A stretch of 64,000 nucleotides of DNA from Candidatus Dojkabacteria bacterium UBA4813 (GTDB lineage: Bacteria; Patescibacteriota; Dojkabacteria; SC72): assembly GCA_002402455.1 (NCBI GenBank), contig DHFX01000006.1, positions 20,408-84,407 of the forward strand, given 5' to 3'. How positions within the stretch are numbered: the stretch's first letter is position 1; each line of letters begins with the position of its first letter. The translations under genes and the position numbers were made by a program. The notes below the pieces were generated by a model that saw nothing but the letters and a program-made list of their open reading frames with translations, was not told where the DNA came from and did no database searches. This document shows, piece after piece, positions 49,358 through 59,384 of the stretch.

Positions 49358-51818
49358 TCTTATCCTCCGGATAACTTTCAATTAAACCTTGTGGAGTCAG
49401 ATGTTCTTTCCCCTTCTGGATATCTTTGCGAGATTGCACTGCCTGACCGGAGAGGGTGTTACTCTTAATTCTATCTAAGATTCCCTTTTCCATTTCGGTT
49501 TTATCAGGACTTAATTGTTCTTCTTGTTCTTTTAATCTCTTTTCTAGTTCTTTTTGGTATTCTGCTCTCTCCATCTGTATGGTGCTTCTTTGTCCCTGTG
49601 TTCGTTTTACAGCTTCTTCAATAATTTCTTCCTGTCTTGCCATTTCTTCTCCATTTTTCATTGGTCTTTGTTCTGTCGGAGGTTCATATATTTCAGATAA
49701 TTGTTCTAAAGTTCTGGTATCTGGCTGACCCTCTCTTGTTTTAAGCTTTTCTAAATCTCTAGGGTCAGAAGTTATTAATTCATGTTCTGATACGCTGGAC
49801 AGTACTTGAATTCCCACGTGGTTTGAGCCTGCAAAGAAGAGTCCTTGTCCTTGATCACAGTTAAGGAGGAAGTTTTTTTCTCCATCTGAGAGATTAAAGA
49901 CCTCTTGTAGTTTTTCTACTGCTGTTGGACTTTGCATCATGAGCATTTGTATGGAAGAGTTTGAAATTATTGCCTTACCCATGTCATTGTTTAGGAAGTC
50001 CGCAACATCCTGAGTTATTGTGGACAGACCAAGGTAGTATTTCCTTGCTCTTTTTGCTATAGAGTACATAAATTTAGCAGAGTCTTCGGACTGCATCATA
50101 TACCAAGCCTCATCTACTATGAGTAGTCTTCTTTTTCTCTCCTTTCTAATCTTAGTCCAAATGAAGTCTAGCATTAGATACATAGCAAGGGGTTTTAATT
50201 CTTCCTGCAGGTCTCTAACACTAAAGACTGTAAATGGATTGTCTATCTCAAAGTTGCTTGCCTCATTGAAAACTCCGGCACCACTACCAATAATATATTT
50301 TTCCAATCTTCTTGCCAGACCATGTGCTTCTGTTTCTGCCATTCCCTTTAAGACTTTATATAAATCTTCAAGGAGTGGAGGAGTTTTAGTTTGAGTGTTA
50401 GGGTCGAATGTTATTCCTTTCTCACGATATGTGAGTATGAGAGCTCGATCCAGAATAGAGCTCTCAATATTGCTAAGTTCTCCAAGCATAACTTTGAAGA
50501 AACCTTGTAAAGCCAAGAGTTTCATTCTTAATTCATCATCTCCTTCTTCTGTCACACCGGAGAGTTCGAAAGGATTCATTTTATTTCCTTTGTCTTGTGA
50601 GAAGGAGATGTAGGCACCATTAACGGCTTTAGCTAAACTCTCGTACTCCCTTTCTGGGTCAATTATTAATATTTCTGTTCCCAACATTAGACTTCTTACG
50701 GCCTCGAGCTTAACGAAATAGCTCTTACCCGCACCGGATTTTGCAAAGACTACTGTGTTAGCATTTTCTAGTTCAAAGCGATCGAAGATTACCAAACTTC
50801 TGTTGTGTAGGTTTAATCCGTACATAATTCCATGATCCATGGTAAGTTCAGATGTAACAAAGGGAAAAGTTGTTGCGAGAGAAGTAGTATCCATATTTCT
50901 AGTTATGTACATACTATCTAGTCCGAGGGGTTGGCAACTTATGAATCCCTGCTCCTGTTGTAAGGTTGCAGGTTTTGCAGTTACGTTTATTGCGGCTAGA
51001 GTTGATGTGACATTCCTGGAAATTCTCTCAAGAGTATCTTTGTCTTTTGCATAGAGGGTTATATACATTGAGAAGTGGAAAAATTTTTCTGTTCCCTCTG
51101 CAATAGAATCCTGTAACTGCTGAGCATCTGCGAGTGCCACTTTTAGTGAAGGGTCTATAACTTTCCTTTCTTCCATTTGAGAATAAAGGGTAGCTTCCAT
51201 CTCTCCGATTTTCTTTTTGAGTTTTTCTAAAATAGTTTTGTTGTCTACCGGATAATAGAAGGTACTGATTCTTAATGAGTGTTCGAAGTTGATTATGGGG
51301 GAGAGCCAATTAGGACCAACAAATCTTGGGTATCCACTCACAAATAATGTTTTGAAGAAGTAATCTCCTATTTGTAAGTTGTTAAAATCCACTTCTAGGT
51401 CTATTGGGGCAATGATGTCTTGTATAGACATATCCGAAGGAATTAATTTCCTAACACTATGTGGGTCGTTATTTACATATCTGGTTTCCCAAGAACTTTC
51501 TTCTTCAGTTGTTTCTTCTTTAGATTTTTTCTTGTTAGAGTGCCCGAGTAGTTCGGTAACGTTATCCATGACATTTGTGATAATATTCCCTTTTTTCTTT
51601 TTTTCCTCCTCTTCTAGAGATTTTGTATCATTGTATCTGTCCTCCTTTCCCTCGGGGATGTTTTTAGCTTCCTCTTTAAGTTTTGAAACTTCCTGTCGGA
51701 ATGAGGCATACTTTTCACCGGTTGTTTTAAACTTTTCGGTTTGCTGTTCCAACTTTTGAGTTGTCTTTGTTTCCAGTTGTTTGTTGTAGTTGTTGTAGTT
51801 ATTATTTATGCCATCCAT
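49344..51818 (-). CDS. VirB4-like (ConE/TraE family) T4SS ATPase
   Basis: FPFVTSEL, NANTVVFAKSGAGKS, IDPEREY, NPFE, LIVDEAW, KRARKY, TQDVADFL. Confidence 0.88.
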   Translation of the reverse strand: MDGINNNYNNYNKQLETKTTQKLEQQTEKFKTTGEKYASFRQEVSKLKEEAKNIPEGKEDRYNDTKSLEEEEKKKKGNIITNVMDNVTELLGHSNKKKSKEETTEEESSWETRYVNNDPHSVRKLIPSDMSIQDIIAPIDLEVDFNNLQIGDYFFKTLFVSGYPRFVGPNWLSPIINFEHSLRISTFYYPVDNKTILEKLKKKIGEMEATLYSQMEERKVIDPSLKVALADAQQLQDSIAEGTEKFFHFSMYITLYAKDKDTLERISRNVTSTLAAINVTAKPATLQQEQGFISCQPLGLDSMYITRNMDTTSLATTFPFVTSELTMDHGIMYGLNLHNRSLVIFDRFELENANTVVFAKSGAGKSYFVKLEAVRSLMLGTEILIIDPEREYESLAKAVNGAYISFSQDKGNKMNPFELSGVTEEGDDELRMKLLALQGFFKVMLGELSNIESSILDRALILTYREKGITFDPNTQTKTPPLLEDLYKVLKGMAETEAHGLARRLEKYIIGSGAGVFNEASNFEIDNPFTVFSVRDLQEELKPLAMYLMLDFIWTKIRKERKRRLLIVDEAWYMMQSEDSAKFMYSIAKRARKYYLGLSTITQDVADFLNNDMGKAIISNSSIQMLMMQSPTAVEKLQEVFNLSDGEKNFLLNCDQGQGLFFAGSNHVGIQVLSSVSEHELITSDPRDLEKLKTREGQPDTRTLEQLSEIYEPPTEQRPMKNGEEMARQEEIIEEAVKRTQGQRSTIQMERAEYQKELEKRLKEQEEQLSPDKTEMEKGILDRIKSNTLSGQAVQSRKDIQKGKEHLTPQGLIESYPEDKNEQL

Positions 51819-52456
51819 TATTCTTCGTCAGGGTTATATATTGTATAGAATTCAGATAATAATTCTTTAGTTGTTAACTGGTGGCCGAAGAGTCCCATTC
51901 TACTAAGTTGCTTAAGAATATGGTCTCTCTTTGGAAATAGGAAGATTTTAGCCTTTTCTACTAATTGGTCCGTTTTCATCTGGTTCATTTGCTCCTGTTC
52001 TTCTTTTTTCTTTTTGGAATCCAATATGTTTGTTCCCGGTATAGGTGCTCCCGGACTGTAAGGAATCACTATAAAGAAGTTCTTATCTAGGACATCATTT
52101 TGAATAATTAGTTTCTGAACAAAATTCGTGTATATATCTAACTGTTTTCTGAGTCCTTCACTCATCTGTTTTCTATCCATGCTGGTCGTTAGGTAATCTA
52201 TATAGTTAGAAATATCTATTCTTTTTGTCCTAATAAGGATTTGAATCCTGAAATTTAGGGAGTTTAGAAGTCCAGCGAATGCATATATTTTATTGTCTTG
52301 TTCGTACTCTGCAAGAAGGTCAAAGTTAATGGAGGAGGTTTGTATGACCATTGCCACACTCCCTTGTGTGGTTATTATTAAATCATCTTGGATATCTTTT
52401 ATCCCTAGATGGTCCTGTGTTGACGCTGTCGCTCTTGCTCTCGCTTTTTTATCCAC
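51818..52456 (-). CDS. T4SS-associated protein (TrsD/TraC-N-like) preceding VirB4
   Basis: ASTQDHLGIKDI, INFDLL..EQ, LNSLNF.IQILIR, FFIVIPY; translationally coupled to VirB4. Confidence 0.65.
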   Translation of the reverse strand: MDKKARARATASTQDHLGIKDIQDDLIITTQGSVAMVIQTSSINFDLLAEYEQDNKIYAFAGLLNSLNFRIQILIRTKRIDISNYIDYLTTSMDRKQMSEGLRKQLDIYTNFVQKLIIQNDVLDKNFFIVIPYSPGAPIPGTNILDSKKKKEEQEQMNQMKTDQLVEKAKIFLFPKRDHILKQLSRMGLFGHQLTTKELLSEFYTIYNPDEE

Positions 52457-52457
52457 C

Positions 52458-53279
52458 TTATATATTGTTAATTTTAATTGGCAACTTACTTCTTTTCTCT
52501 GTTACTTCTAGTTGAACTTTTGGAAATTCATATGTAGGATGTTGAAATTCTAACATATATGTACCTGGTTCCCATAATTTATTTGTTAAGAAATAGCCAC
52601 TTTCTCTAGTCTTATTTGCATAGAGGATTTTTCCGTCTGCAGACTTTAAGTATACAATAACATTTGGAATAGGCTTTGAATCTTTTGTAGATAACCATGC
52701 ATTTATATTCCCAGGGAGTTTGTCTGCATTAGCTATGTTGAATTGGTACTTAGATATATTATCCTCAGTAAGAATCATGGTATTAGGAATAAGTCGAGGA
52801 TCTACATTAAGTTCCTCATCTAACATATCTTTAGGGTCATTCTCTTCAGGTTCAATAGGGTTGCCTGTAGCGGGAAGGCTCTCTCCAATAATTTTCTTCT
52901 TTTTAATTTTAACGTCCTTCGGAATTAGTCTACCTTCTTCATCCGGTTTAAGTTCTGGTTTAGCTCCTTTCTCCTTTAATTCTTCATTTAACCATACCCT
53001 TTGTGTTGGATTTGTTATTGCTGTAATATAATTTTTTATGAAGACATCCGCATCTTGCTCATTTATTGGAACCAGACCCAGGAAAGCTCCTAGTCCAGAG
53101 GATACGATAAAGATTGGTATCCCAAGTAAAGCAGGAATAATATTTGAGACCACTAGGTATATCATGATTCCTCCAATACCCAAACCTATTGCTAAGTAGG
53201 CAAATTCCTTAAGAGTAAACTTCGTAAAGAGTTTAAACTCAATATCTAATATATTTTGCGGAATCGCATGTTGTCTCAT
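52458..53279 (-). CDS. PrgI-family (VirB3-like) protein with C-terminal beta-sandwich
   Basis: MRQHAIPQNI..IEFKL..FTLKEF, 2 TMs, PTQRVW; C-terminal NKT..SGYF...GTY carboxypeptidase-regulatory-like domain. Confidence 0.75.
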   Translation of the reverse strand: MRQHAIPQNILDIEFKLFTKFTLKEFAYLAIGLGIGGIMIYLVVSNIIPALLGIPIFIVSSGLGAFLGLVPINEQDADVFIKNYITAITNPTQRVWLNEELKEKGAKPELKPDEEGRLIPKDVKIKKKKIIGESLPATGNPIEPEENDPKDMLDEELNVDPRLIPNTMILTEDNISKYQFNIANADKLPGNINAWLSTKDSKPIPNVIVYLKSADGKILYANKTRESGYFLTNKLWEPGTYMLEFQHPTYEFPKVQLEVTEKRSKLPIKINNI

Positions 53280-53377
53280 ATGTAGGCAGATTTTACTATT
53301 TTCTTCATATAAAGTTTACCAGAATATTGAATATACTTACAATGTTTGGTTCTTTTAAGTTGTATTATAATGATTAT

Positions 53378-54154
53378 ATGGTAACGAGGTATGAAAAATT
53401 TAAAGATCTTCTCAAATTCAGAAAAACCATGGATCTGGGTCTTTCTAAAGATAAGGTAAGATATATATGGGGTAGAAGGTTTCTTAGGGAGTTGGAGGGA
53501 GAGGATATTAAGGACGACGGAGATTTAGGCCATGCATCTTTAGAAAAATTGGAAATAGCAAAAAAAGAGCTTCCTAAACTTAAGGTCTTTGATTGGGTCA
53601 GATTTGTGGGAGTATCCGGTTCAGTTGCTGCGGGTTTTGCAAATGAGAGTGATGACATTGATATATTCGTCGTAGTAAGGAATGGGACCATGTGGATTTA
53701 TAGGGCTATTGTCGCGTTTAGAAACGTCTTTCATAATAAGATTCGAGCAAAAAGACATAAAGATGTAAGAAATAAATTGTGTGTGAATTTAATTTGTGAG
53801 GAACGTGGTCTGGAATTTCCGAATGATATTTTTAATATGCATGAGCTTCTCTTCATGATTCCTCTATATAATGAAGAGTATAAAAGATATATTTTTTCTG
53901 TAAATCCGTGGTTGGAAAAGGACTTCTGTGTTAAAAAGGAGTTACTTAAATCAAGAACAATTCCAAAGGAAAGGGTGTTTTTCCCCCTTAGAGTTCTCAA
54001 TTTTCTTGCGTTTGTCGGGCAGTTAATCTTCATGTTTATTTCCGGTCATAATCCTGAGATGAAGAGATTAGTAGAGAATTACAAAAAGGGCAGAATAGAA
54101 TTCTTTGAATATAGTTTTCGTATAGAGAAATTGGAGAAATATCTTAATGGGTAG
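53378..54154 (+). CDS. Nucleotidyltransferase-domain protein
   Basis: GVSGSVAAG...DDIDIFVV (Pol-beta-type NTase motif). ATG 53378 lies 6 nt after TATAAT. Confidence 0.75.
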   Translation: MVTRYEKFKDLLKFRKTMDLGLSKDKVRYIWGRRFLRELEGEDIKDDGDLGHASLEKLEIAKKELPKLKVFDWVRFVGVSGSVAAGFANESDDIDIFVVVRNGTMWIYRAIVAFRNVFHNKIRAKRHKDVRNKLCVNLICEERGLEFPNDIFNMHELLFMIPLYNEEYKRYIFSVNPWLEKDFCVKKELLKSRTIPKERVFFPLRVLNFLAFVGQLIFMFISGHNPEMKRLVENYKKGRIEFFEYSFRIEKLEKYLNG

Positions 54155-55201
54155 TTATTTAAAGGAGTTTAGATTTATCAATTGTGCTTTTTCTATAACT
54201 TCTCTGGGGAGATTTTTGTAGTCAATTGTTGTTATAAAGGTTTGTTGTTTAGAAAGAAAATTTTTATTAAATATTTTTTTGGTGTTTTCCTTATCTAATT
54301 CTGAGGAGATATCATCTAGCAAGAGTATAGGGTAGAAACCCAGTTTTTTCGCCACTAATTCTTGTTTACTAAATAGTAATTGCCCAATAGATAGCCTTTT
54401 TTCTCCTCTTGATCCGAATTTTTTAATATCCATTCCGTTTATTAAGTTCCAATCGTCTCTGTGTGGTCCTATGTTTGTGTATCCTGTTGCGATGTCTCTT
54501 TTTTTAGACATTTCAATTTTTTCTTCGAGAGGCGTTTCTCCATTTGATTTTATATATTCCATTCGAATATATTCCGAACTGATTTCACGGCACAGCTGAA
54601 TTCTTTTTTTTTGTATCTCCTCTGCGAGCTTTGTAAACTTTTCCGTCCAGAAATTAAGTTGGGTATCGTTTATTGCTATGGTTCCCCTTTCATAAAAATC
54701 CTTAGAAAGTCTTTTAAGATAGGAGTTTCTTTGTCTCAATGTTTTCTTGAAAGTTTTAAGAGTATCGGAGTAGTCGTAATTTATTAGGGAAATCGTTTCG
54801 TCTAGGAACTCTCTTCTTTTGCTTGGAGAGATCATTAATATCTCAATTTGTTCAGGATTAAAAGTTGTAGAGGCGGTTTCTTCAAAGAACTTTTTTGGTG
54901 TGGTCCTTTTGGAGTCTATTTGGAATACTCGTTTAGTATTATCCTTAAAAAAGGAGAATATTTTCCCATCTATGTTTATCTCTATTCTAGTATATTTTTT
55001 ATTATCCTCTTGGTTGGTGTAGATATATTCGTCCGAGGAAGCCCATGGAGAGAAGCCGTTTGTTATTAGCATAATGGATTCTAGGATTGTGCTTTTACCC
55101 TGTGCGTTATCTCCATATAGGATTACTATTTCTTTGTTAATAGGGATTTCTATTTCCCCAAATTTCCTAAAATTTGATAGTTTTATATTTCTAATAATCA
55201 T
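54155..55201 (-). CDS. recF: DNA replication/repair protein RecF
   Basis: NFR, GDNAQGKS, GPHRDD, GSRGEKR, LLLDDISSELD. Confidence 0.92.
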   Translation of the reverse strand: MIIRNIKLSNFRKFGEIEIPINKEIVILYGDNAQGKSTILESIMLITNGFSPWASSDEYIYTNQEDNKKYTRIEINIDGKIFSFFKDNTKRVFQIDSKRTTPKKFFEETASTTFNPEQIEILMISPSKRREFLDETISLINYDYSDTLKTFKKTLRQRNSYLKRLSKDFYERGTIAINDTQLNFWTEKFTKLAEEIQKKRIQLCREISSEYIRMEYIKSNGETPLEEKIEMSKKRDIATGYTNIGPHRDDWNLINGMDIKKFGSRGEKRLSIGQLLFSKQELVAKKLGFYPILLLDDISSELDKENTKKIFNKNFLSKQQTFITTIDYKNLPREVIEKAQLINLNSFK

Positions 55202-57015
55202 TATGTCTTAAGAATTGCTAAAAAGGCTTCCTGAGGTATAGTTACCTGACCAATTTCTTTTAATCTCTTCTTCCCTTTCTTCTGTTTTTCCAAGAGCTTT
55301 TTCTTTCTGGAGTAGTCTCCTCCGTACAGTTTTTCTGTCACATTTTTTCTATATCCTTGGACATCTTCTCTTGCAATTATCTTTGCTCCTATTGATGCTT
55401 GTAGTGGGATAGGGAACTGTTGTTTAGGAATTACTTTCTTCATCTCCTTTAAGAGGGTAACAGCCTTTAATCTTGCTTTCTCTTTTACCTCCAAGAAGCT
55501 AAGTGCTTCCACCTCCTCATGATTTACTAGTACTGAAACTTTTACAATATCTGCAGGAAAGAAGTCTATTATTTCGTATTCCATTGAAGCATATCCACTC
55601 GTAATATTCTTCATGAGGTCAAAGAAGTTGGATATAAGAGATGCTAATGGCATATCATACTCCAAGGTTATATATTGCTCTCTTAGAAGAATCTCTTTTT
55701 CAGCGGAGAGATATTTTGTATTTACGTATTCTCCCCTTTTTAATTGGCATAACTTCATAAGGTCACCCAGATATTTCTCAGGAGTCATAATTGCAATCCT
55801 GGCCCATGGTTCTCTTATTTCTTTTATTTCTGAAGGGTCGGGAAGTTCGTTTGGAGTCTGTATCTCAAGTTCTGCTCCGTTCGTTTTTATGACTCTGTAT
55901 TCTACTGTTGGAGCGGTTACTACGAGGTTAACTCCATATTCTCTCTCCAATCGTTCCTGAATAATTTCCATATGTAGAAGGCCTAAGAAACCACATCTGA
56001 AACCAGAGCCTAATAATGGAGATCTCTGTTCTGTAAATGAGAGGGAAGAGTCATTCAGGGAAAGTTTTTTGAGAGCGATCTTGAGATTTTCGTATTCTTC
56101 TGGATCTGTAGGAAAGAAAGTTGCAAACATATTGGGTTTTGGAACTTTATATCCCGAGAGAGGCTTTGTTCCCTTTTTATCTGACACAGTATCTCCGACT
56201 GTAAAGTAGCTGGTATCTTTAAGTCCGGTAGCTATGTAACCGACCTCTCCTGTTTTTAATATGCCTGTTTCTAAAAGATTAGGATTGAAGACTCCTATTT
56301 CTGCTGGTTTAAAAGATTCTTTTCTTTGCATCATGTAAAGCTCTTCGGCTTTTCCATGGATGTATTCTATTTTCCCATCAAAGACTCTAACTGCAATTAC
56401 CACTCCCCTATGTTCGTCATAGAAGGAGTCAAAGACTAATGCTTTTAAAGGTTTGTTAGGATCTCCCTTTGGAGAAGGGGATCTTTTTACAATTTCATCT
56501 AATAATCTGTCCACATTCTCGCCTGTTTTTGCAGAGACTTTTATGATCTCTTCTTTTTTAAATCCCAAGAGGCTTCTGATCTCTCTTTCTCTCTCTGTTA
56601 TATCTAGATTAGGCAGATCTATCTTGTTGAGGACTGGAATTATTTTTAGACCTAAATCTAAAGCCTTCTTCGTGTTAGATATTGTTTGAGCTTGAATTCC
56701 TTGGCTGGCATCTATTAAAAGTATTGCGGATTCACATGCGGCTAACGATCTGGAAACCTCGTAGGAGAAATCTACATGGCCGGGAGTGTCTATTAGGTTT
56801 AATTGGTATCCTTTCCAACTCATTCTACAAGCCTGTAGCTTTATGGTAATTCCTTTTTCTTGTTCTAAATCTAGTCTATCTAAAACTCTCTCTTTTCTTT
56901 TTTCTCTAGAGAGATCTGTCTTAACTGCTTCTAAAATTCTGTCCGCTAGGGTGGATTTCCCATGGTCTATATGTGCAATTATTGAGAAATTGCGAATCCT
57001 GTCTAAATCTTGCAT
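55201..57015 (-). CDS. lepA: Elongation factor 4
   Basis: AHIDHGKSTLAD, DTPGHVDF, GFRCGFLGLLH, KLLEKQKKGK. Confidence 0.97.
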   Translation of the reverse strand: MQDLDRIRNFSIIAHIDHGKSTLADRILEAVKTDLSREKRKERVLDRLDLEQEKGITIKLQACRMSWKGYQLNLIDTPGHVDFSYEVSRSLAACESAILLIDASQGIQAQTISNTKKALDLGLKIIPVLNKIDLPNLDITEREREIRSLLGFKKEEIIKVSAKTGENVDRLLDEIVKRSPSPKGDPNKPLKALVFDSFYDEHRGVVIAVRVFDGKIEYIHGKAEELYMMQRKESFKPAEIGVFNPNLLETGILKTGEVGYIATGLKDTSYFTVGDTVSDKKGTKPLSGYKVPKPNMFATFFPTDPEEYENLKIALKKLSLNDSSLSFTEQRSPLLGSGFRCGFLGLLHMEIIQERLEREYGVNLVVTAPTVEYRVIKTNGAELEIQTPNELPDPSEIKEIREPWARIAIMTPEKYLGDLMKLCQLKRGEYVNTKYLSAEKEILLREQYITLEYDMPLASLISNFFDLMKNITSGYASMEYEIIDFFPADIVKVSVLVNHEEVEALSFLEVKEKARLKAVTLLKEMKKVIPKQQFPIPLQASIGAKIIAREDVQGYRKNVTEKLYGGDYSRKKKLLEKQKKGKKRLKEIGQVTIPQEAFLAILKT

Positions 57016-57056
57016 ACGAGGAATTATAACACGAGAAAGGAGGGGAGATTGCTTAT

Positions 57057-57611
57057 CTATTCGATAGTTATTGTCATGTCGAATAATTCAGAAAACTGAA
57101 CACCGGATAGATTCTCTAAAGCCAGGAAGATAATTAATTTCTCTGAAGGAAGAATACTAATTTTTTGTTCGTATGTCTCTCCTGTATTATCTTGTAGAAG
57201 ATATGGAATTTCTTTCTCCTGTAAATATATTTTTGATCTTGTGTTACTAAGGGTCTGACCCCAGAAAGTGAGAACCTTCTTCTCTTCTGTATTATTTTGT
57301 ATTTCTAGAATTGGCTTTGAGTAGGAGTCTGCACCTCTTTTGCCAATTCTTGCAGAGTAGGAATATTCGGTTTCGTCTATTTTAGTAAGATTCTCCCCAG
57401 AGAATATCTCATGTTGGCCAGCCACCAACCTTATAACTAGTTCATCCTGAGTAGTTACTCCCAATACGTCTATTTTTTTAATTTGCCTAGTTATTGGTGT
57501 TAGATTCATTACGGTTACAATTGGTAATATGAAGAAAAGGGCTAGTAAGCCAAGTGCAAAGGGTTCTAGTATCTGTGAGAATGTCTTTTTAAATTCTTCT
57601 TTTTTCCCCAT
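57057..57611 (-). CDS. Hypothetical membrane-anchored protein
   Basis: N-terminal TM, DVLG motif, beta-rich domain. Confidence 0.65.
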   Translation of the reverse strand: MGKKEEFKKTFSQILEPFALGLLALFFILPIVTVMNLTPITRQIKKIDVLGVTTQDELVIRLVAGQHEIFSGENLTKIDETEYSYSARIGKRGADSYSKPILEIQNNTEEKKVLTFWGQTLSNTRSKIYLQEKEIPYLLQDNTGETYEQKISILPSEKLIIFLALENLSGVQFSELFDMTITIE

Positions 57612-57629
57612 TTGGTATCTTTAAGGTGA

Positions 57630-58178
57630 TTAATAATAACTGTTTTCTTTAGGATATATCTTATCAGTTTCTAATTCAAATGTCTTTATTGTTCCCCATA
57701 CAGAAAGGAGTGAAGTTACTCCAGCTCCTACACCTATCCAGGTATATGTTTGACCCTGTAGTGTGTGGGTTATTGCAATAATCGAGGCTATTGTTAGAAA
57801 TGTAGTCCATATGAATATGTGTAAAAATGTTACGTCTTTTCTAGTTATCCATTTTAGAAGATTGAATCTTGTCACCTTTACCAAAGTTCTAGGATTCTGG
57901 AGTGTTGTTTGGTATAGAGAGGTCTTTATTATGAAGTAAAATGTGGGAACTGCTAGAAACAGAAGCATGGTTAGGTTTGAAATAGAGTTGACAAAGAGAG
58001 TGACATTGCTATCTGTAAAAACGATTTGTATGGAGGTGAACCCCTCTATGTCATTTTCAATGAAAAATTCGAGATCATAGATCACTGTTGGCAAGATTAT
58101 CCCGATTGCTTTTCCTGCTATCATTAATATCGCAGGAGCGAGGGATATTTTAAGTGCTTTTTTTAGCAATTTTGACAT
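57630..58178 (-). CDS. Hypothetical 4-TM membrane protein
   Basis: Four hydrophobic segments; overlaps the rpsT end. Confidence 0.65.
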   Translation of the reverse strand: MSKLLKKALKISLAPAILMIAGKAIGIILPTVIYDLEFFIENDIEGFTSIQIVFTDSNVTLFVNSISNLTMLLFLAVPTFYFIIKTSLYQTTLQNPRTLVKVTRFNLLKWITRKDVTFLHIFIWTTFLTIASIIAITHTLQGQTYTWIGVGAGVTSLLSVWGTIKTFELETDKIYPKENSYY

Positions 58179-58446
58179 TATTTTGGGACAGTTCGTTTAA
58201 ATTTTTAGTAAGGCGAGATTTAATTCTATCTGCCTTTCCTTTCTTTATAACATTTTTTCTGGCTGCTTTGTCAAGAACCTTATAAGCATTTTTTATGTTT
58301 TTAGTAGCTCTTTCGATTTCCCCCTCGTTAATTAGGGTATTTTGTTTTTTAACTGCTCTCTTTATTCTGTTTCTTAACCTGTCATTGACGGTTTTTCTTT
58401 TCTTATTTTGTCTAAGATCTTTAATAGATGTCTTAAGATTTGGCAT
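58150..58446 (-). CDS. rpsT: 30S ribosomal protein S20
   Basis: MPNLKTSIKDLRQ, LDKAARKNVIKK.KADR.KSRL. Confidence 0.93.
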   Translation of the reverse strand: MPNLKTSIKDLRQNKKRKTVNDRLRNRIKRAVKKQNTLINEGEIERATKNIKNAYKVLDKAARKNVIKKGKADRIKSRLTKNLNELSQNNVKIAKKST

Positions 58447-58552
58447 TTTAATTAGATATGTTATATATGTAAAGTAAGTAACTCGTAAGTCAGGGTATTA
58501 TATATATTATGTCTTTGTTTGTAAACATTCCTATTTGTGTTACACTGTTTTT

Positions 58553-58981
58553 ATGAGGAGGAGTAGGTTCTTAAAGTTTTTTTCATTTCTATTTTTTGTA
58601 TTTTCCGTTGCTTCGGCAGTTTCTATTTATGTCGTTTATTACCAGGAAGATACAGAGGATGTTTCTGAGAATGTTCTTGGAGTGAGGAATCCTACCGGAG
58701 TCCCATATATTATTAACCTTCCTCCGTTGGTTATTCAGGAGGGAGAAATGTACGAGTATAGGGTGAGGGCTTTGGATGGCGACACAGTAGCAGAAAATTT
58801 GGAATTGGAATATGTAGAAGGTCCTGAATGGCTCAAGTTAGAAGACTTTGTTCTCAAGGGTGTTGCTCCTAGTAGAAGTAAGGGTACATACAAAATTGTT
58901 TTGAAGGTTTCAGACGGGTATAATAGCTCTACTAAAGAGGATTATATATTAGTAGAGGGGAGTTTAGATAATGCCGAATAA
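58553..58981 (+). CDS. Membrane-anchored cadherin/He_PIG-like Ig-domain protein
   Basis: TM, then YEYRVRALDGD...GPEWL...GTYKIVLKVSDG. ATG 58553 lies 6 nt after TGtTACACT. Confidence 0.7.
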   Translation: MRRSRFLKFFSFLFFVFSVASAVSIYVVYYQEDTEDVSENVLGVRNPTGVPYIINLPPLVIQEGEMYEYRVRALDGDTVAENLELEYVEGPEWLKLEDFVLKGVAPSRSKGTYKIVLKVSDGYNSSTKEDYILVEGSLDNAE

Positions 58982-59384
58982 AAAAAAGAAAGTTTACATC
59001 TTATCTGTTATGGCACTTTTGTTTCTAGCCTCTGGTCTTTTTTTGTTGTTTTCAAAGGGTGCTGATGAGTTAGAGGTGAAGGGTATAGCTGAAAAGGATT
59101 GTGTCCCATATAATATTTTTGTTATGCCGGGTGAGAATGATTATTCGGTTGATATATCTTGGAAGACGAGGTCTGAATGTCTAGGTTTTGTACTCTATGG
59201 TCAGAATAGAGGTAATTTAGATATGGTCGGGGTTGATCTTGTGAATAAGAGTAGTGCGAGGGATCATAGTGTGACAATTGATGGTCTTCTTAGGAAAGAG
59301 AGATATTATTTCTTAGTAAATTCACAGGATCAAGCTTATGGAGATAATGGCTCGCCTCTAGAATTTGTTATAGAGGATCTTTAA
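58971..59384 (+). CDS. Membrane-anchored fibronectin type III-like protein
   Basis: TM, then VDISWKT...VLYG...HSVTIDGL...YYFLVNS. Confidence 0.7.
   Translation: MPNKKKKVYILSVMALLFLASGLFLLFSKGADELEVKGIAEKDCVPYNIFVMPGENDYSVDISWKTRSECLGFVLYGQNRGNLDMVGVDLVNKSSARDHSVTIDGLLRKERYYFLVNSQDQAYGDNGSPLEFVIEDL

Noticed and set aside
49124-53279. Integrative conjugative element
   Set aside because: No integrase, relaxase, flanking repeats or obvious compositional shift; the neighbours are housekeeping genes.
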